DNA of 64,000 nucleotides, taken from assembly GCF_006345805.1 (NCBI RefSeq), contig NC_043001.1, positions 52,824,001 through 52,888,000 of the forward strand, in the 5' to 3' direction. Below are positions 40,487 through 53,150 of this stretch, piece by piece. A model generated the notes under the pieces. The model saw nothing but the letters and a program-made list of their open reading frames with translations. It was not told the origin of the DNA and made no database searches. The DNA comes from Octopus sinensis (lineage: Eukaryota). The translations under genes were made by a program, and so were the position numbers. Numbering within the stretch: the stretch's first letter is position 1; the number at the start of each line of letters is the position of its first letter.

Positions 40487-42661
40487 TGGGGTCCCGGGAT
40501 TTAAAGATTAATTAATCGATTAATCATTTATTTATTTTAACGATTAATTTTTAATTAATCGGTTTCAAATTTAATTTTCTACCCATCATTATTAAATATG
40601 CTGGAATTCTGAAAGTAATAGTAACAACGGTAAAAGGGCATCGGAAAAGAATCGATCTATATAATATAAACCTATATCAGTTCTATTACATGAACATTTT
40701 GGATTTAAATTGTTGGCTGACGGCAATATCAAAACAGCTAATAACCTTTATTGCATCCATTGCAACAAATCGTTCGCATACCATAGATCAAACACATCGC
40801 TTACTTACCACCTTCAAAACTAACACTTGCTACAGTATTCGAAACCTCAGCTCGCAATATCAGCTTCATTTAATCAGTCTACAGCAGCGGTGTCATCCAC
40901 CTCTAAGCAGACTATTTTGAGTCAGCTTTATCGTCGGTCTGATCATCCGGTGAATACTAATCTACAACGTGACATTAAAATATCACTTGCTAACTGGATA
41001 GCTAATAGTGGTAGACCAATATCGATAGTAAAAGATGATGGCCTTCAGCAAGTGTTTGTACAGCACTTCTAAATACCGAATATAAACTACCTTTCCGGCG
41101 TACTATTGATAAAATGCTGGTTGATATTTATAACAGCAAAAGAGAAAAGGTTAAATAAGCAGTGAAAATTTCAAAGGCAATTGCGCTAACATCTGATTTT
41201 TGGACATCTCTAAATAATGAAAGTTATTGCGGAATCACCGGCCTTTGAATTGCTGATGACTGGAATTTAATAAGTGGTATTCTTGAATGTGTGCATTTTG
41301 TTGAACGTCACTATTCTAACAATGTTGCTGAGTTGCATAAACAATTTGTAACAGACTGGGATATAACAAAGATTCATGTTCTACTAACAGACCATGCACG
41401 AAATTTGGTTTCAATAGCTTTGCTCATATTCCGTGTTTGGCTCATAGCCTACAGTCGAGCATATTGGATGGTTTTAAAGCCGCAGATACAGAAACATTGT
41501 TTTTAAATGTCGAAAAATCATACGAAATTTTAAACATAGTCCTATCCACACAACTGAATTGCAGAACTGTAGTGATTCACCATTTCGTATGCTACATCAA
41601 GATGTTCCAACAAGACGGAGCAGTACTTTTCTAATGCTGAAGAGCCGGCTGCAGGCCAGAGAAGCGATAACTATCTACATGTCAGAAAAAGAAGCAATAT
41701 AAATGTCCAGAACTGTTCGATTCTGATTAGGAAAAGATTTCAAAATTCATCAAAATACAATGATTTAGAGTTATTCTGTCAGGCTACGGTCCAGCTAGGC
41801 GGTAAAAAGTATGTGCCGTGTAGCTGTGCATTGCCACTGTTATTGTCTTTGACAAAGTACATGACTGTAAATGATGATCCAGGTCACGTAGCCAAATTCA
41901 AGGCAGAATCTGTTAATGACTTCAGATCACGTATAGCTGACTTCAGCAAACGTATAGCTGACATGAAAAGTATTGAGATATTACAGATTGCAACAGCACT
42001 TGATCCATGATATAAAAACTGTTTATCAGACGATTCCAAAGAACAAACGTCGGTACTTAATGGATAGCAAATAGCAGCTGATGCTAATAATGATCGGTTG
42101 AAGACTAATGCACAAGGTGATACTAACAGTTTCAGTAACACTATATGCGAACCGAATGAAAAACATATTTAGCTGATGGAGTCTGACTCAGACTTAGAAG
42201 AAGATGTCTAAAACGCTTCGGATGAAGTACAGCGATATAAAATGGAGAAAAAAGTTGCTAAATTAGTTTATCCACTTCAATCGAGGAAACTTAATGAACA
42301 TCGATATCGAAAATTGGCTTTTTTTGCCAAGATTGTTCTTTGCATAACAGCTACCTAGATTCCGTGTGAACGATTATTTACTACTGCCGGTTACATTGTT
42401 AACAAGACGAGCTCATCACTTGAACCAAATACAGTTAACATGCTTGTGTGTTTGCGTAACTGGAAATCCGACATCATTTGATTAAGAAAATGCCTATGCT
42501 ATTTCTTGTTTTTAACTGAATTTTAATTGAAATATCATAAACTTGTTAATAAATGCAACTGCAGACATTTTTGTGCTTTAATTGGAATTAACTATTAATT
42601 AATAATTAATTGTTAATTTCTCAAAAGTTAATAACTGAAATTCAATTAATCGATACCAGTG
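40484..42661 (+). mobile_element. Decayed hAT transposon (BED-finger, ZBED1/Ac-like)
   Basis: CA-initiated imperfect termini with subterminal attaatcgattaa repeats; contains the transposase pseudogene below. Confidence 0.85.
40704..42480 (+). pseudogene. hAT transposase pseudogene
   Basis: CIHCNKSFAYHRSNTSLTYHLQ (BED), RPISIVKDDG, ALTSDFWTS, TDHARN, LAHSLQ, TALDP, IPCERLFTTAGYIV (hATC); many stops and frameshifts. Confidence 0.9.
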
Positions 42662-43203
42662 CTTATATATTATTTTATATACATATATATATAATAATAT
42701 AGGTGCGTTGAAGTTTAATTTAGCATTGCTAAGTGTAGGAAGTAAAACCCACCGAAGACAAAAAAATTAACTCTATATTTCCACAGGCATTGTCGGAAAA
42801 AAATTAAGCGAATTAAGGAAGTTCCTCTTACAAACATGCACGAAGGAATGCCAGTTAACTTGATTTGATTTCGAATTTAGTGCCAAAAGACATGCTCGGT
42901 TCTCTTCACTCGAGTCGACTGTAAAATAAACACTTAGCAGTATTGAGAGAAATGAAATTAAGAGAATACAAATTTATAAAAATGAATAAGGAACATTAAT
43001 TCTCGTGGGAGATATAAATTTTTTGCCGTATGGGCCAAATAATTATATATATATATACATAATATATATATATAAATTATATGTATTAATGTTCTTTATA
43101 TATATATATATATTATATATATATATATATATACATATTTATATTTATATATATACACATATATGTGTGTGTATGTATATACACACAAACACACACGCGC
43201 ACG

Positions 43204-43253
<50 letters not shown>

Positions 43254-43289
43254 CATATTTATATATATATATATGCACACACTCATATA

Positions 43290-44530
43290 TTAAGTCATCC
43301 CATAAGTTCTGTCCGAATTTTGTATAAAGAAAACAAGTGATCAAATGCTATATTTAATTGAAATTTAATCATCAATGTACTTTCCCTGATTATCTATGAT
43401 TTCCTTCCATTTATTTACAAGCTTATCAATTCCATCAATGTAAAACTCTTTTGGTTTCAAAGTGAGGAACTCTGAAATGTCGGTTTCGACCTTCTCCTGG
43501 CTAGGAAAGTTATGTCCCTCAAATGATTCTGTAAACTACGAAACAAATGGTAGTCTGAAGGAGCAAGGTCAGAAGAATAAGGTGGTTGAGGAATTTTTCC
43601 CCAAACTAGCTCTTCGATCTTCTGTGATGTGATCTTTGCAGTGTGAGATCGCGCATTGTCCTGATAAAACACCGCTCCTTTTCGATTCACTTAAGCGGGT
43701 CTTTTTTTCTTCAAAGCTTGGTTCAAACGCCCTAATTGCTGACAGTATACTTGCGCATTGATTGTTGCATTGGGTGGTAACAATTCAAAGTGAATTATTC
43801 CTTTACAATACCACCAGACAGGGAGAAGAAGCTTTTTTTCCCATGAAGTTCCCTTCTCGGTTGTGGTTGAGCTCTTTCCCTTGTACCAAGCCACTGTTTA
43901 CGACGTTAAACATTTCGATAGAACATCCATTTTTCGTCACCAGTCACACGTCTATCCAAAATGGGTGAAATGAATTCACGAGAATGGCGAGACGAGCAGA
44001 CGTCAACACGGGGTTTGCGTTTGCTTTCAGACAATTCATGACGCACCCATTTTCCAAGTTTAGGATGAACAGTTGTACGGTTTGAACTAAGATTCATTGC
44101 CCATTCTTCAACTGACTTATGCAGGATTTTCTTCAAGTAATGCCTCAAGGAGCTTATCATCAAACTCAACTAGACGCCCTGTTCGATCTTCATCTTCAAG
44201 GCTGAAATCTCCACTTCTGAATTTTGCATTCCATCTTCTGCAAGTTCCTTCATTCAAGCATTTATTCCCACAAACAGGGTGTATATTTCTTGTCGCTTCG
44301 GCTGCAGGGTTTTCTTTTTGTACTCATAAAGCATTATGTGTCTCAAATGCTCTTTGTATACTTCCATGTTAGAAAGGATTTTAATGAAAGAAATGTTAAT
44401 TCTATTATTCTGTAAAAAAATATCTAATTAATTAAATAATTTTCAATTCCATTAGACATTCTAAAATACTATTGAATTTCATTCAATTTTATAAAAGGTA
44501 AAGTCGAACAGAAAATATGGGATGACCTAT
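43290..44530 (-). mobile_element. Near full-length decayed mariner (DD34D)
   Basis: TIRs ttaagtcatcccataagttctgtccga / tcgaacagaaaatatgggatgacctat; about 1.24 kb. Confidence 0.9.
43365..44367 (-). pseudogene. Mariner transposase pseudogene
   Basis: MEVYKEHLRHIMLYEY...WVRHEL...VTGDEKW...FYQDNAR...PYSSDLAPSDYHLFRSL; stops and frameshifts. Confidence 0.9.
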
Positions 44531-45361
44531 ACTTCTCATTGCTATTCTTTGCTTCTCTCTGTTGGTTAACCTTCTTCCTTAAACTGCTTCCAATATGTGA
44601 TTTTAGCGGTACGACTCCAAATGTTATAGATTCTGTGAATCAGTGACATATAATTTATGCACCCCGTAGGTATCGGAATCAATATATTCGCCTAGGGCAT
44701 TCTAGTCTGTGTCAAAATATTGTCTCTATTCAGTTGAGTAATGCAATCAAACAACGTTCTATATGCATGCGTTACTGCATGAGCGAGCATTCATATCAAC
44801 ATTTACTTGTGCTTATGTCATTTAAACCCAGCACCAGTGTTCATGTTCCCTATTTTGACCAATGAAATTCCAGACATATAAACGTGTATTGTAGTGTGTC
44901 TACTAAAACCTTTTAAAAATGCATTTGTATCGACGCTTTTAAAATCTTCTGTGCGTGGATGTTACAATAAATGTTTATGACATTTCATTTTCCGAAATTA
45001 CTGATACATCATTTATCATTCTTTACAAAAACAGTTTGTTTGGTTTGAGAGGTATTTCGGTAACATATCTAGTGAAATTCTTTTAATTCAAATATTATAA
45101 ATACTACCGATGGATAATCATTAACAATTATCTAAGCTTATTTCTGTAAACTGTGATTATTATTAATGAGTTTATTCTTAGTTTAGTAATGCAAGATATC
45201 TAATACTATCAATTAGGATTATACATTACGCAAGGGAATCAGATTAAGCAAATATGCAAAAACACACGAATATTAATTAAAACCTAATAATGTTACCTGT
45301 AACGATTTTCTTTACTGTGGAAAAGAATGTAAGAAAGCTGGAAAAGATATGTATGACGATG

Positions 45362-45431
<70 letters not shown>

Positions 45432-45499
45432 TGTGTGTGTGTGCGTGTGTGTGCGTGTGTGTGTATGTATGTATACATATATATATATATATATATATA

Positions 45500-45630
45500 G
45501 TTGAAATTTACAGAAAAACAAAAGATGAATATAGGTGTATAAACAACAAGCAGGTGTATTAGACTGACGCTCAGGAAAGTGAGAAAATCTTATACGTTTC
45601 GAACTACGCTCCTCAACATAGGGGAACAAG
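45500..45630 (-). mobile_element. PLE pLTR 3' end (same family as 20468-20670) with degenerate HHR
   Basis: Minus strand: GAGC-gta-GTTC GAAA CGT...cctgagcgtc...ctaataca, ending at (TA)n. Confidence 0.6.
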
Positions 45631-45861
45631 AGTTAAAAATATATACATATATATATATATATATTGATATTGATATTTAGCATAAGTAGCAGAGTGACTG
45701 AAGATCCTAAAGGCTTCTGCGTCTCCACTAATTGCCAGCGCATGGGCCTATCGGTATTTGAGTCACTCCTGTAACATCTGCAAAACATTCATGAAAATAT
45801 ACATATGCCGCATTTTTTCCTTTCTATTTTCATGCTCGTACCAGCATTCCTGTTTATATTT

Positions 45862-45897
45862 CAGTACCGGTTTCAGTCATTGAGACTTCTTCAACTG
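45862..45897 (-). ncRNA. Minimal type-I hammerhead ribozyme motif
   Basis: cag TTGAAGA AGTC-tcaat-GACT GAAA CCGGT A ctg: 3-bp stem I, 4-bp stem II, palindromic ACCGGT stem III, GUA triplet; U3 variant. Confidence 0.7.
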
Positions 45898-46044
45898 TAT
45901 GTATAGAAAACAATTAAATTTTGGAAAAAATAAAAGAAAAGGTTTTTTAAAGTATTCAAATACAAAGGGCATTTTCTTTGTTTCTGCCTGTCTCTGTCTC
46001 TCTTGTATACGCTTGCGGGTTCGTGGTCGTTGTGAATTCTTGGC

Positions 46045-46375
46045 AGGAAGAAGAAGAAAAAGGAGGAGCAGGAGAAGAAGAAGAAGAAGAAGAAGAAGAA
46101 GAAGAGAAGAAGAAAAGAAGAAAAGAAGAAGAAGAAGAAGAAGAAGAAAAGATGAAAAAGAAGAAGAAAAAGTAGAAGAAGAAGAAAAAGATGAAAAAGA
46201 AGAAGAAAAAGTAGAAGAAGAAGAAAAACAAAGAAGTAGAAGAGGAAAAGAAGAAGAAGAAGAAGAAGAAGAAAAGAAGAAGAAGAAGAAGGAGAAGAAG
46301 AAGAAGAAGAAGAAGAAGAAGAAGAAGAAGAAGAAGAAGAAGAAGAAGAAGAAAAACAAAGAAGTAGGAGAAGAA
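46045..46375 (+). repeat. (GAA)n-rich purine tract, mirrored by (TTC)n at about 47474-47583
   Basis: Directly visible. Confidence 0.95.
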
Positions 46376-46498
46376 GAATGCGGGAGTGCCATGATGGTAG
46401 TAGGATTTCAAATGCTCAAGTGCCCCGAAAGTGAAATGTTGTGGATGGTAATAGTTATTGAATACTTGAGATATCTCATTTGAATGTATTGTTTATCC

Positions 46499-47040
46499 TT
46501 CAAAACATTCCCCTGCTAAAAAAGGAGCACAGAATGAAATTCCTCCAAACACATACCATCATAAAAAGCAAGAGACGACCCAAATCTATGAAAAGTCTCC
46601 TAACACAAGACAGAATACACTCAACAACATAGAAGCCGTCAGTAAAAAAAATTGCGGAAGACCAAACTGTGGGATATGCGTCAATTTAATTGAGGGATCA
46701 GAGTACTCCTTCAAACAGGAACAACGTTTCACAGTGAAAAGTAGCTTCGCATGTGCTTCGGAGACCTTGATGTACGCACTAACCTGCACTAGGTGTCAAG
46801 AGCAATACATAGGCCAAACAAAAACAGTTTACTTAAAAGGATAGCTCTGCACAGATCCCAGATCAAAATTCCCCAATGCAGAAAAATACCATTCAGTCAA
46901 CACATCGACAGTTACGCCAATATCAAAAATCCAAGCTTCAAATTTTACCCCCTCTACCAATTCAGGGCGATACGACCTGTAACCAACGAATTAGAAAAGA
47001 GACTCTCTTTATTACAAAATACAGACCCCTTTTGAACGCA
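46499..47040 (+). pseudogene. PLE linker + Zn-knuckle + GIY-YIG endonuclease, frameshifted
   Basis: IIKSKRRPKSMKSLL...CGRPNCGIC...FACASETLMYALTCTRCQEQYIGQTK / NSLLKRIALHRSQIK...KYRPLLN; homologous to 3832-4176. Confidence 0.9.
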
Positions 47041-47472
47041 TCTACAACAAACGATATATCCACCACGGTCTTAGAATAACACAAACACACACGCAAATAT
47101 AAAAAATGATTCACTCAAGAGATACTCAAGAATTCATTAAAAAACAATCCCAATCACTGCTATAATCCATAATGGCTCACCCTTAAAACATTTGACCATT
47201 TTACATACTACTATCTTACCACTTACATTCCTTTCTTATTCTCCTTTATCTTTCTACTTCTTCTCTTCTTCTTCCTCTCCGCCACCTCCTTCATAACTTT
47301 ACCACGATTGCTGTTCAGAATAACACCGACGCAAATTTTATATACAATACATTCAAAAGAGATGTCTCAAGAATTCAATTACTGACATCCACAAAAAGTC
47401 ACTTTCGGGGCACTTGACCATTCAACATCTTACTACTCACATGGCAACCCCGCATTCTTCTTCTCCCCCTCC

Positions 47473-47504
<32 letters not shown>

Positions 47505-47760
47505 CTTCTTCTTCTTCTTCTTCTTCTTCTTCTTCTTCTTCTTCTTCTTCTTCTTCTTCTTCTTCTTCTTCTTCTTCTTCTTCTACTCCATCTTCTTCCT
47601 TGCCAAGAATTCACAACGACATCGAATCCACAAGATTAAACAAGAGAGACTAAGACAGGCAGAAACGTGGAAAATGCCCTTGTATTTGAATACTATACAA
47701 ATGCTCTTTTAAAATACTTTTCATTTAATTTTTCTAAAATTCAATTGCTTTCCATAGTTA

Positions 47761-47796
47761 CAGTTGGAAAAGTCTCAATGACTAAAACCGGTAGTG
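47761..47796 (+). ncRNA. Degenerate mirror copy of the HHR
   Basis: cag TTGGAAA AGTC-tcaat-GACT AAAA CCGGTA gtg; core mutated. Confidence 0.5.
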
Positions 47797-47906
47797 ACAT
47801 GGTTTTTTTTACAAAACTATTTTAGCATTTTCTTTCTTGATTTTTGCCATTTATATGAAATCGTGTGTTCCTTTTCAATCTCCTACACACATACACACAC
47901 ACACAC

Positions 47907-47959
<53 letters not shown>

Positions 47960-48056
47960 GTGTGTGTGTGTGTGCATGCGTGTGTGTGCGTGTACGTGTG
48001 TATTTATACGTGAATGTGTACGCACTTCTATGCGTATATACATATATGTGAGTATA

Positions 48057-48101
<45 letters not shown>

Positions 48102-48269
48102 ATATATATATGTATGCATGCGTACAGGTTGAAATGCACAAGTACGCAGACATATATAATAGTGCATCGACACATATACGTACATGTGTGTGCGTTTGCA
48201 TATATGTATATACACTTCTTACTTTCTCTCTGATTCCGCAACTCACACTATCACATGAGCGATTAGAAT

Positions 48270-49080
48270 AAACACAAGTCTGTTCAGAGAAACTTGACGA
48301 TTCTTAGTATTCTTGTCTTCCGTTTTCAAGTTTACTATTCACATTAGAAACCCCAGCGCCATTGGAGCATATCACTCCTCGCATACATCTCACACATATT
48401 CATTACTTACATACATTCTCATCTCTTCCTACCTCTCCCCTATTCCACCCTTACCCTCATAATATCTTGACCGCCAACTAACACTGCTTTTTGATTTTCA
48501 TTCACCCTTTTTTCTCATTTTGTCTTGTTTCCATTTTCTCTTCCTTTTCATTCTCTACTTTTCGTTTGACAGCTCTCATTGTAACTTACTCATCTCTTCT
48601 CCCCTCTCTGTCGGCTTAATACTACCACTACATTCTCAACTTTTCATTCACACCACAAGACCCCTTTGAATGAAGAGCACATGGAATCTACGTCCCCACA
48701 CTTTCCATTTGTAATAACAAAACTGAACTCCTATTGGTATTTACATACCACGGACAAGAAGCATTTTTACTATTTCTACACACGACTTTCTATGGATAAT
48801 GGTACTCTAACAATAACATCTTTATATATTTTTATTTACATTTTTATTCCTACATGTATTCTCCTATTTTCCTACATACTCCTTACTTCCTCCATTTTCC
48901 AGAATAACTCCTTCTATTGAACTCTAATATTTCCTTCTATTTAACCAACTCACAACGTCTCTGATGAAGACATATCCTTAACATCCCAGAAACAGATGTA
49001 AGATTCGCATCATAAACGTCCTGAAAATTCCACACCACCTTGGCTTTGATGTCTCATTTTATTTAACATATACATTCTCA
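48270..49080 (+). mobile_element. PLE 3' UTR/pLTR remnant
   Basis: Pyrimidine-rich UTR-like tract ending in an HHR motif; 5' boundary uncertain. Confidence 0.45.
48956..49005 (+). ncRNA. Type-I hammerhead motif with canonical core and decayed stem II
   Basis: gtct CTGATGA agacatatccttaacatccca GAAA CAGATGT A agat; GUA triplet, 4-bp stem I, near-palindromic ACAG(A/C)TGT. Confidence 0.6.
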
Positions 49081-49245
49081 TACGAGACCTGCACTATACT
49101 CCTGACTCTTATCATTATCGAACTGAGAGTTAAAAGTACAGTTCTTCCCTAGTACTTACATAGCGTTACCTGCCAACTGTGTCTTCTGGATACCAATACC
49201 TGGCATATATATATATATATGTATGTATGTATATGTATATATATG

Positions 49246-49318
<73 letters not shown>

Positions 49319-49359
49319 CCGCTGATAGATAGATATATAGAGAGAGCGAGAGAGAGAGA

Positions 49360-49705
49360 TGAGAAGTTGTTAGGAGTCTATATGAATCAAAAATTATAGC
49401 TAAAAATGTAAATAAATTTGGAAAAGGTTCAGAAGTATATTTCAGAGTATGTTTACCGTAATATAATATTACTGGTTTCGATGTATCCATCTTATCAAAT
49501 ATTAGAAATATTAGAAAGATTTTTGCGGGGTGTCAGAGAGAAAGACATTTTATGGTGGGGTGGGGGCATTTAACAATTTGTACCCAAATTTTAGTTCTTT
49601 ATGAAATTTTGCTCTTACAAATATTTTTTCCATGTAGGTTTAGGCTGGGTTTCAAGAGTTCAACATTCAGGAAGTCTTTTGGTTTGAATGGGAAGTTTCA
49701 GATAC
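49360..49705 (-). mobile_element. PLE 3' end: endonuclease C-terminal remnant plus pLTR
   Basis: Minus strand LLKPSLN (compare YRPRLN and YRPLLN in the other copies), followed about 170 nt later by an HHR. Confidence 0.6.
49465..49503 (-). ncRNA. Minimal type-I hammerhead ribozyme, U3-A8 variant (best preserved)
   Basis: aatat TTGATAA GATG-gata-CATC GAAA CCAGT A atatt: 5-bp stem I, 4-bp stem II, intact GAAA, GUA triplet. Confidence 0.75.
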
Positions 49706-49748
49706 CTAGTTTAGCTAGCTGTATGTGTGTGTGCATGCGTGTGTGTGT

Positions 49749-49830
<82 letters not shown>

Positions 49831-50442
49831 TTAAAATTATTCTGGTGATGCGGATTGTGTGTTACTAGAATTTGTATTTCTATAAACTACATGACACAAA
49901 TGAGGTTGGAAGAAAGATAAAAGATAAACGTTTCATTAAAATGTTCAAACCTGTTCTGAACGGAAATAACAACAATAATATAGCAACCAGTTAATGACGC
50001 TGGTTAAAAAATATCTGTATTATATGAATATAACCAAATTGCAGAAGACACCCACCAACTGAAAAATCATCTACTAAGTTTGTTCACTCATAAAACCGTT
50101 ACATGTAAACCGCAAGCTAATTGATTAAAATAAAGGCTGGATCTATGCCAGTAATATCGGTACAGCCGGGAAATCCTGAGTTTAAGCTGCATGTGGATTG
50201 GACAAAACCGTATTTCAAAAATTCAGCTTGTTGGAGCCTTCTAAGAGGTATAAATAGGAAGTAGTCTGTCATTTTACTAGATTTGTCAAGAACACAACTG
50301 TCACTTAATATGTTTTGAAATCCAATGATTACTACGAACATATATAAGTGTTAAGTGAACTTTGTGAACATTACAAAATCTCTTTTTTAACGTTTGCCAC
50401 ATTTCAACATCGCGATATATATGATTGTATATATACATATAA

Positions 50443-50570
50443 TCTTACTTGTTTCAGTCACTTGACTGTGGCCATTCAGAAGCACCGCCTTTAATCGAAG
50501 AGTCGACCCCATGACTTATTTTCTGTAATACTTATTCTATTTGCTTCTTTTGTGGGACGTAAACTCAGCA
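50443..50570 (-). mobile_element. 3' fragment of SINE family A
   Basis: cttacttgtttcagtcacttgactgtggcc...gcaccgcctttaatcg...tacttattctat is the reverse complement of the 14710-14810 tail. Confidence 0.7.
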
Positions 50571-50585
50571 ACACAGACACAAAAA

Positions 50586-50626
<41 letters not shown>

Positions 50627-50630
<4 letters not shown>

Positions 50631-51204
50631 TAGAAATAAAAAACACATTTATCATTTCAAAATGAAAAATTAAATTACACCATTATATATAATAAAAATA
50701 TCTTTATATATAAAAGTCAAGTTGTGTGTCTGTCTCCTACGATTTAGATTCCTAACTGCTCCCACATTTTGTGGTGCAGTTTAACCAAAACCGGGTGTCT
50801 TATAGTCGTGATTCATATCGAGCCCTTCTGGGTATTAGCGCGCGTCTACGATGAGTCTACGATTTAAAAAAAATACCATCATTTTTTTTTCCATTTTTAA
50901 TACATTTTTTTGCTATCTTTTGGCTATAACTCTCTAAAAATGCTTATATAGTCATTTCCCTTACAAACCCGAGCAACGCCGGGCGATACTGCTAGTTAAA
51001 TATAAGATGAAAATAATATACCGTTGATTAAGTAATGTGAAAAATAATAAATAAAAAGTATATACGTTTATTTATTATTTTCCATTTTACTTAATCATCA
51101 GTCTATTATCTTTATCTTATATCTAATATTTCTATTATATGTAATTTTCGATATGGTGTAATTTAATTGTTCATTTTGAATTGATAAAAGGTGTTTCTTT
51201 TCTA

Positions 51205-51208
<4 letters not shown>
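50627..51208. repeat. (TA)n-flanked imperfect palindrome (about 145-bp arms) split by a Helitron
   Basis: 50627-50700 joined to 50996-51061 is the reverse complement of about 51062-51208. Confidence 0.85.
50701..50995 (+). mobile_element. Non-autonomous Helitron
   Basis: A|TC...acccgagcaacgccgggcgatactgCTAG|T; hairpin before CTAG; excision restores the host palindrome with no TSD. Confidence 0.9.
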
Positions 51209-51278
<70 letters not shown>

Positions 51279-51311
51279 CATACCTATATATATATATATA
51301 CATATATATAA

Positions 51312-51375
<64 letters not shown>

Positions 51376-51475
51376 TTTGTGAAATTTGTTTAGTCTTTCT
51401 AAATTGAATTTTTCCCTGTAAGTTAGGAACAATATTCCCTCAAATACATATATGTATCTATATATATATATATAT

Positions 51476-51506
<31 letters not shown>

Positions 51507-51559
51507 ATATATATAGTTCACCATGTTGGACCGCTTAAGTCTACAGGGTTTTTTAATTC

Positions 51560-51660
51560 TTAGAGTATATTTTCTCTCATTCCCTATTTTCTATCATTTT
51601 TCGCGAGCGTCAAACTAATACACATGAATATTGTTTATATACCTGTCTTTATTAGCTATA
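51560..51660 (+). mobile_element. PLE pLTR 3' end (family of 20468 and 45500)
   Basis: gagcgtcaaactaataca...ttgtttatatacct...tatatata. Confidence 0.5.
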
Positions 51661-52004
51661 TATATATATATATATATAAACAAAGATAAATGCGATACAA
51701 TAAAATTAATTATAATCGCCGGTGTACCAGTACACGCCATATATTATACATATATCATTACATTCAAGGCGAAGAGTGCACTAGATACACAATAGCTGGA
51801 TAAATTTAGTGAGATGAGAATTAAACACTTTTACAAACTTAACTTTTCTTATACTGCAGTTTCGCCAAATTCAGTAATAAAAATAGTATTTATTTACTCA
51901 GGCTGGCTCTTCAGTAAGATTCCTGTTAATGATGGGAAGACCATATCAATAGATCCATGTGCGTCTATCGAAATGCTCTTTCTAAACTATTCAAAACACT
52001 GCGC

Positions 52005-52072
<68 letters not shown>

Positions 52073-52639
52073 GGTGTATATCTGTGTGTATTTATGCATT
52101 TATATAGATTCAGCCATTTATCTGTCATTATTTCTGCGTAGTTTGTCGGGGTAGATTTCTAGAGCAACTCTTACATAGGTCCCCTCAGTAATAACCGTCG
52201 TCAATAGACACTCAGACTAGATTCCCATCGTGGATAACTGAGAAAAGGGATAATATCCACCATTCTTGGATTCCCTTTCGGTTTCCTGCAAGCTGACTTG
52301 ACTTCAAAAATCAGTCTTCCGATTTTTCGTGTTGCATTCTGATGACATGCTTGTAGTACCAGACATGCAATCCCTCAAAACATGAAGTAGCGGCTCAAAC
52401 TGGTGAGATTCCCAAATCTCTGCGTTACACGCCCGCCGAGTGTATGTGTGTATATGTATATATATAATTATATATGTGTGTGTGTGTGAGTGTGTGTGAG
52501 TGTTTGTGTGTGTATACGTACACACACATATATATATATATATATGTATATTCAACCATGAGCAGGTGATTGGAAGTAGTATTCTTCTCCTATATTTGGA
52601 GTTGGTGTCTTTTCTTATTCGTATAAGTTGAATTAATAT

Positions 52640-53150
52640 CTTTTTGTCAACGAAACATGATGTTTAATTCATCATTATCATCACTGATTTAGGTACAGGG
52701 TATTACAAATTGTGTTCTATGTTATAGACCGAACTGAATGGCCGATGGTCTATTTCGGTCAAGTGATTATGATATATTAACATCCACATATAGCATATAC
52801 TTTAGTCATCTGTGTATAGCGTTTGATATAAATGTGGTTGGCGTGCCTGCTGGCTCTTTTCGATCTATGAAGCGGGCATTGCAAATCTCTCTCCAGAAAG
52901 GAAACGTAATAAAGTCGGGACTAGATTTTTTATATCAGGTTTGCTAGGGGTCGATGTTTTAGAATAGATATCTTCTATGGCAACAATATGAAATGTCAAG
53001 ATTTTTATTGATGAATACTTTTGGCTCTTAGAGTATGTTCAGCTTTTCTTGGCGATATATTTAAGAATTGTGATTGACGGTCCTTTTGGTAGAGTTCTTA
53101 TCGAGTATACACCATTTAAGTTTGGGTGATGAGTTGCTGTTATCAAGGTG
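52640..53150 (-). mobile_element. Possible highly decayed CR1/Jockey-type LINE RT fragment
   Basis: Weak frameshifted echoes (SPDFI...REIC...EK; DHRPFS resembling NYRPIS). Confidence 0.3.

Larger units (their letters stand above)
45862..47796 (+). mobile_element. 5'-truncated Neptune-type PLE with an inverted copy of its 3' pLTR at the 5' end
   Basis: Arms 45862-46497 and 47340-47796 are reverse complements, including (GAA)n/(TTC)n; endonuclease pseudogene between them. Confidence 0.85.

Noticed and set aside
45877-46483. 194-aa Arg/Glu/Lys-rich ORF and its antisense Phe/Leu/Ser ORFs
   Set aside because: Translation of the (GAA)n tract within the inverted pLTR arm.
50117-50341. Protein-like ORFs on both strands
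   Set aside because: No recognisable domain and a weak acceptor; cannot choose a strand or distinguish from chance.
52338-52375. CTGATGA as a hammerhead core
   Set aside because: No GAAA after the putative stem II and no cleavage-site helix.
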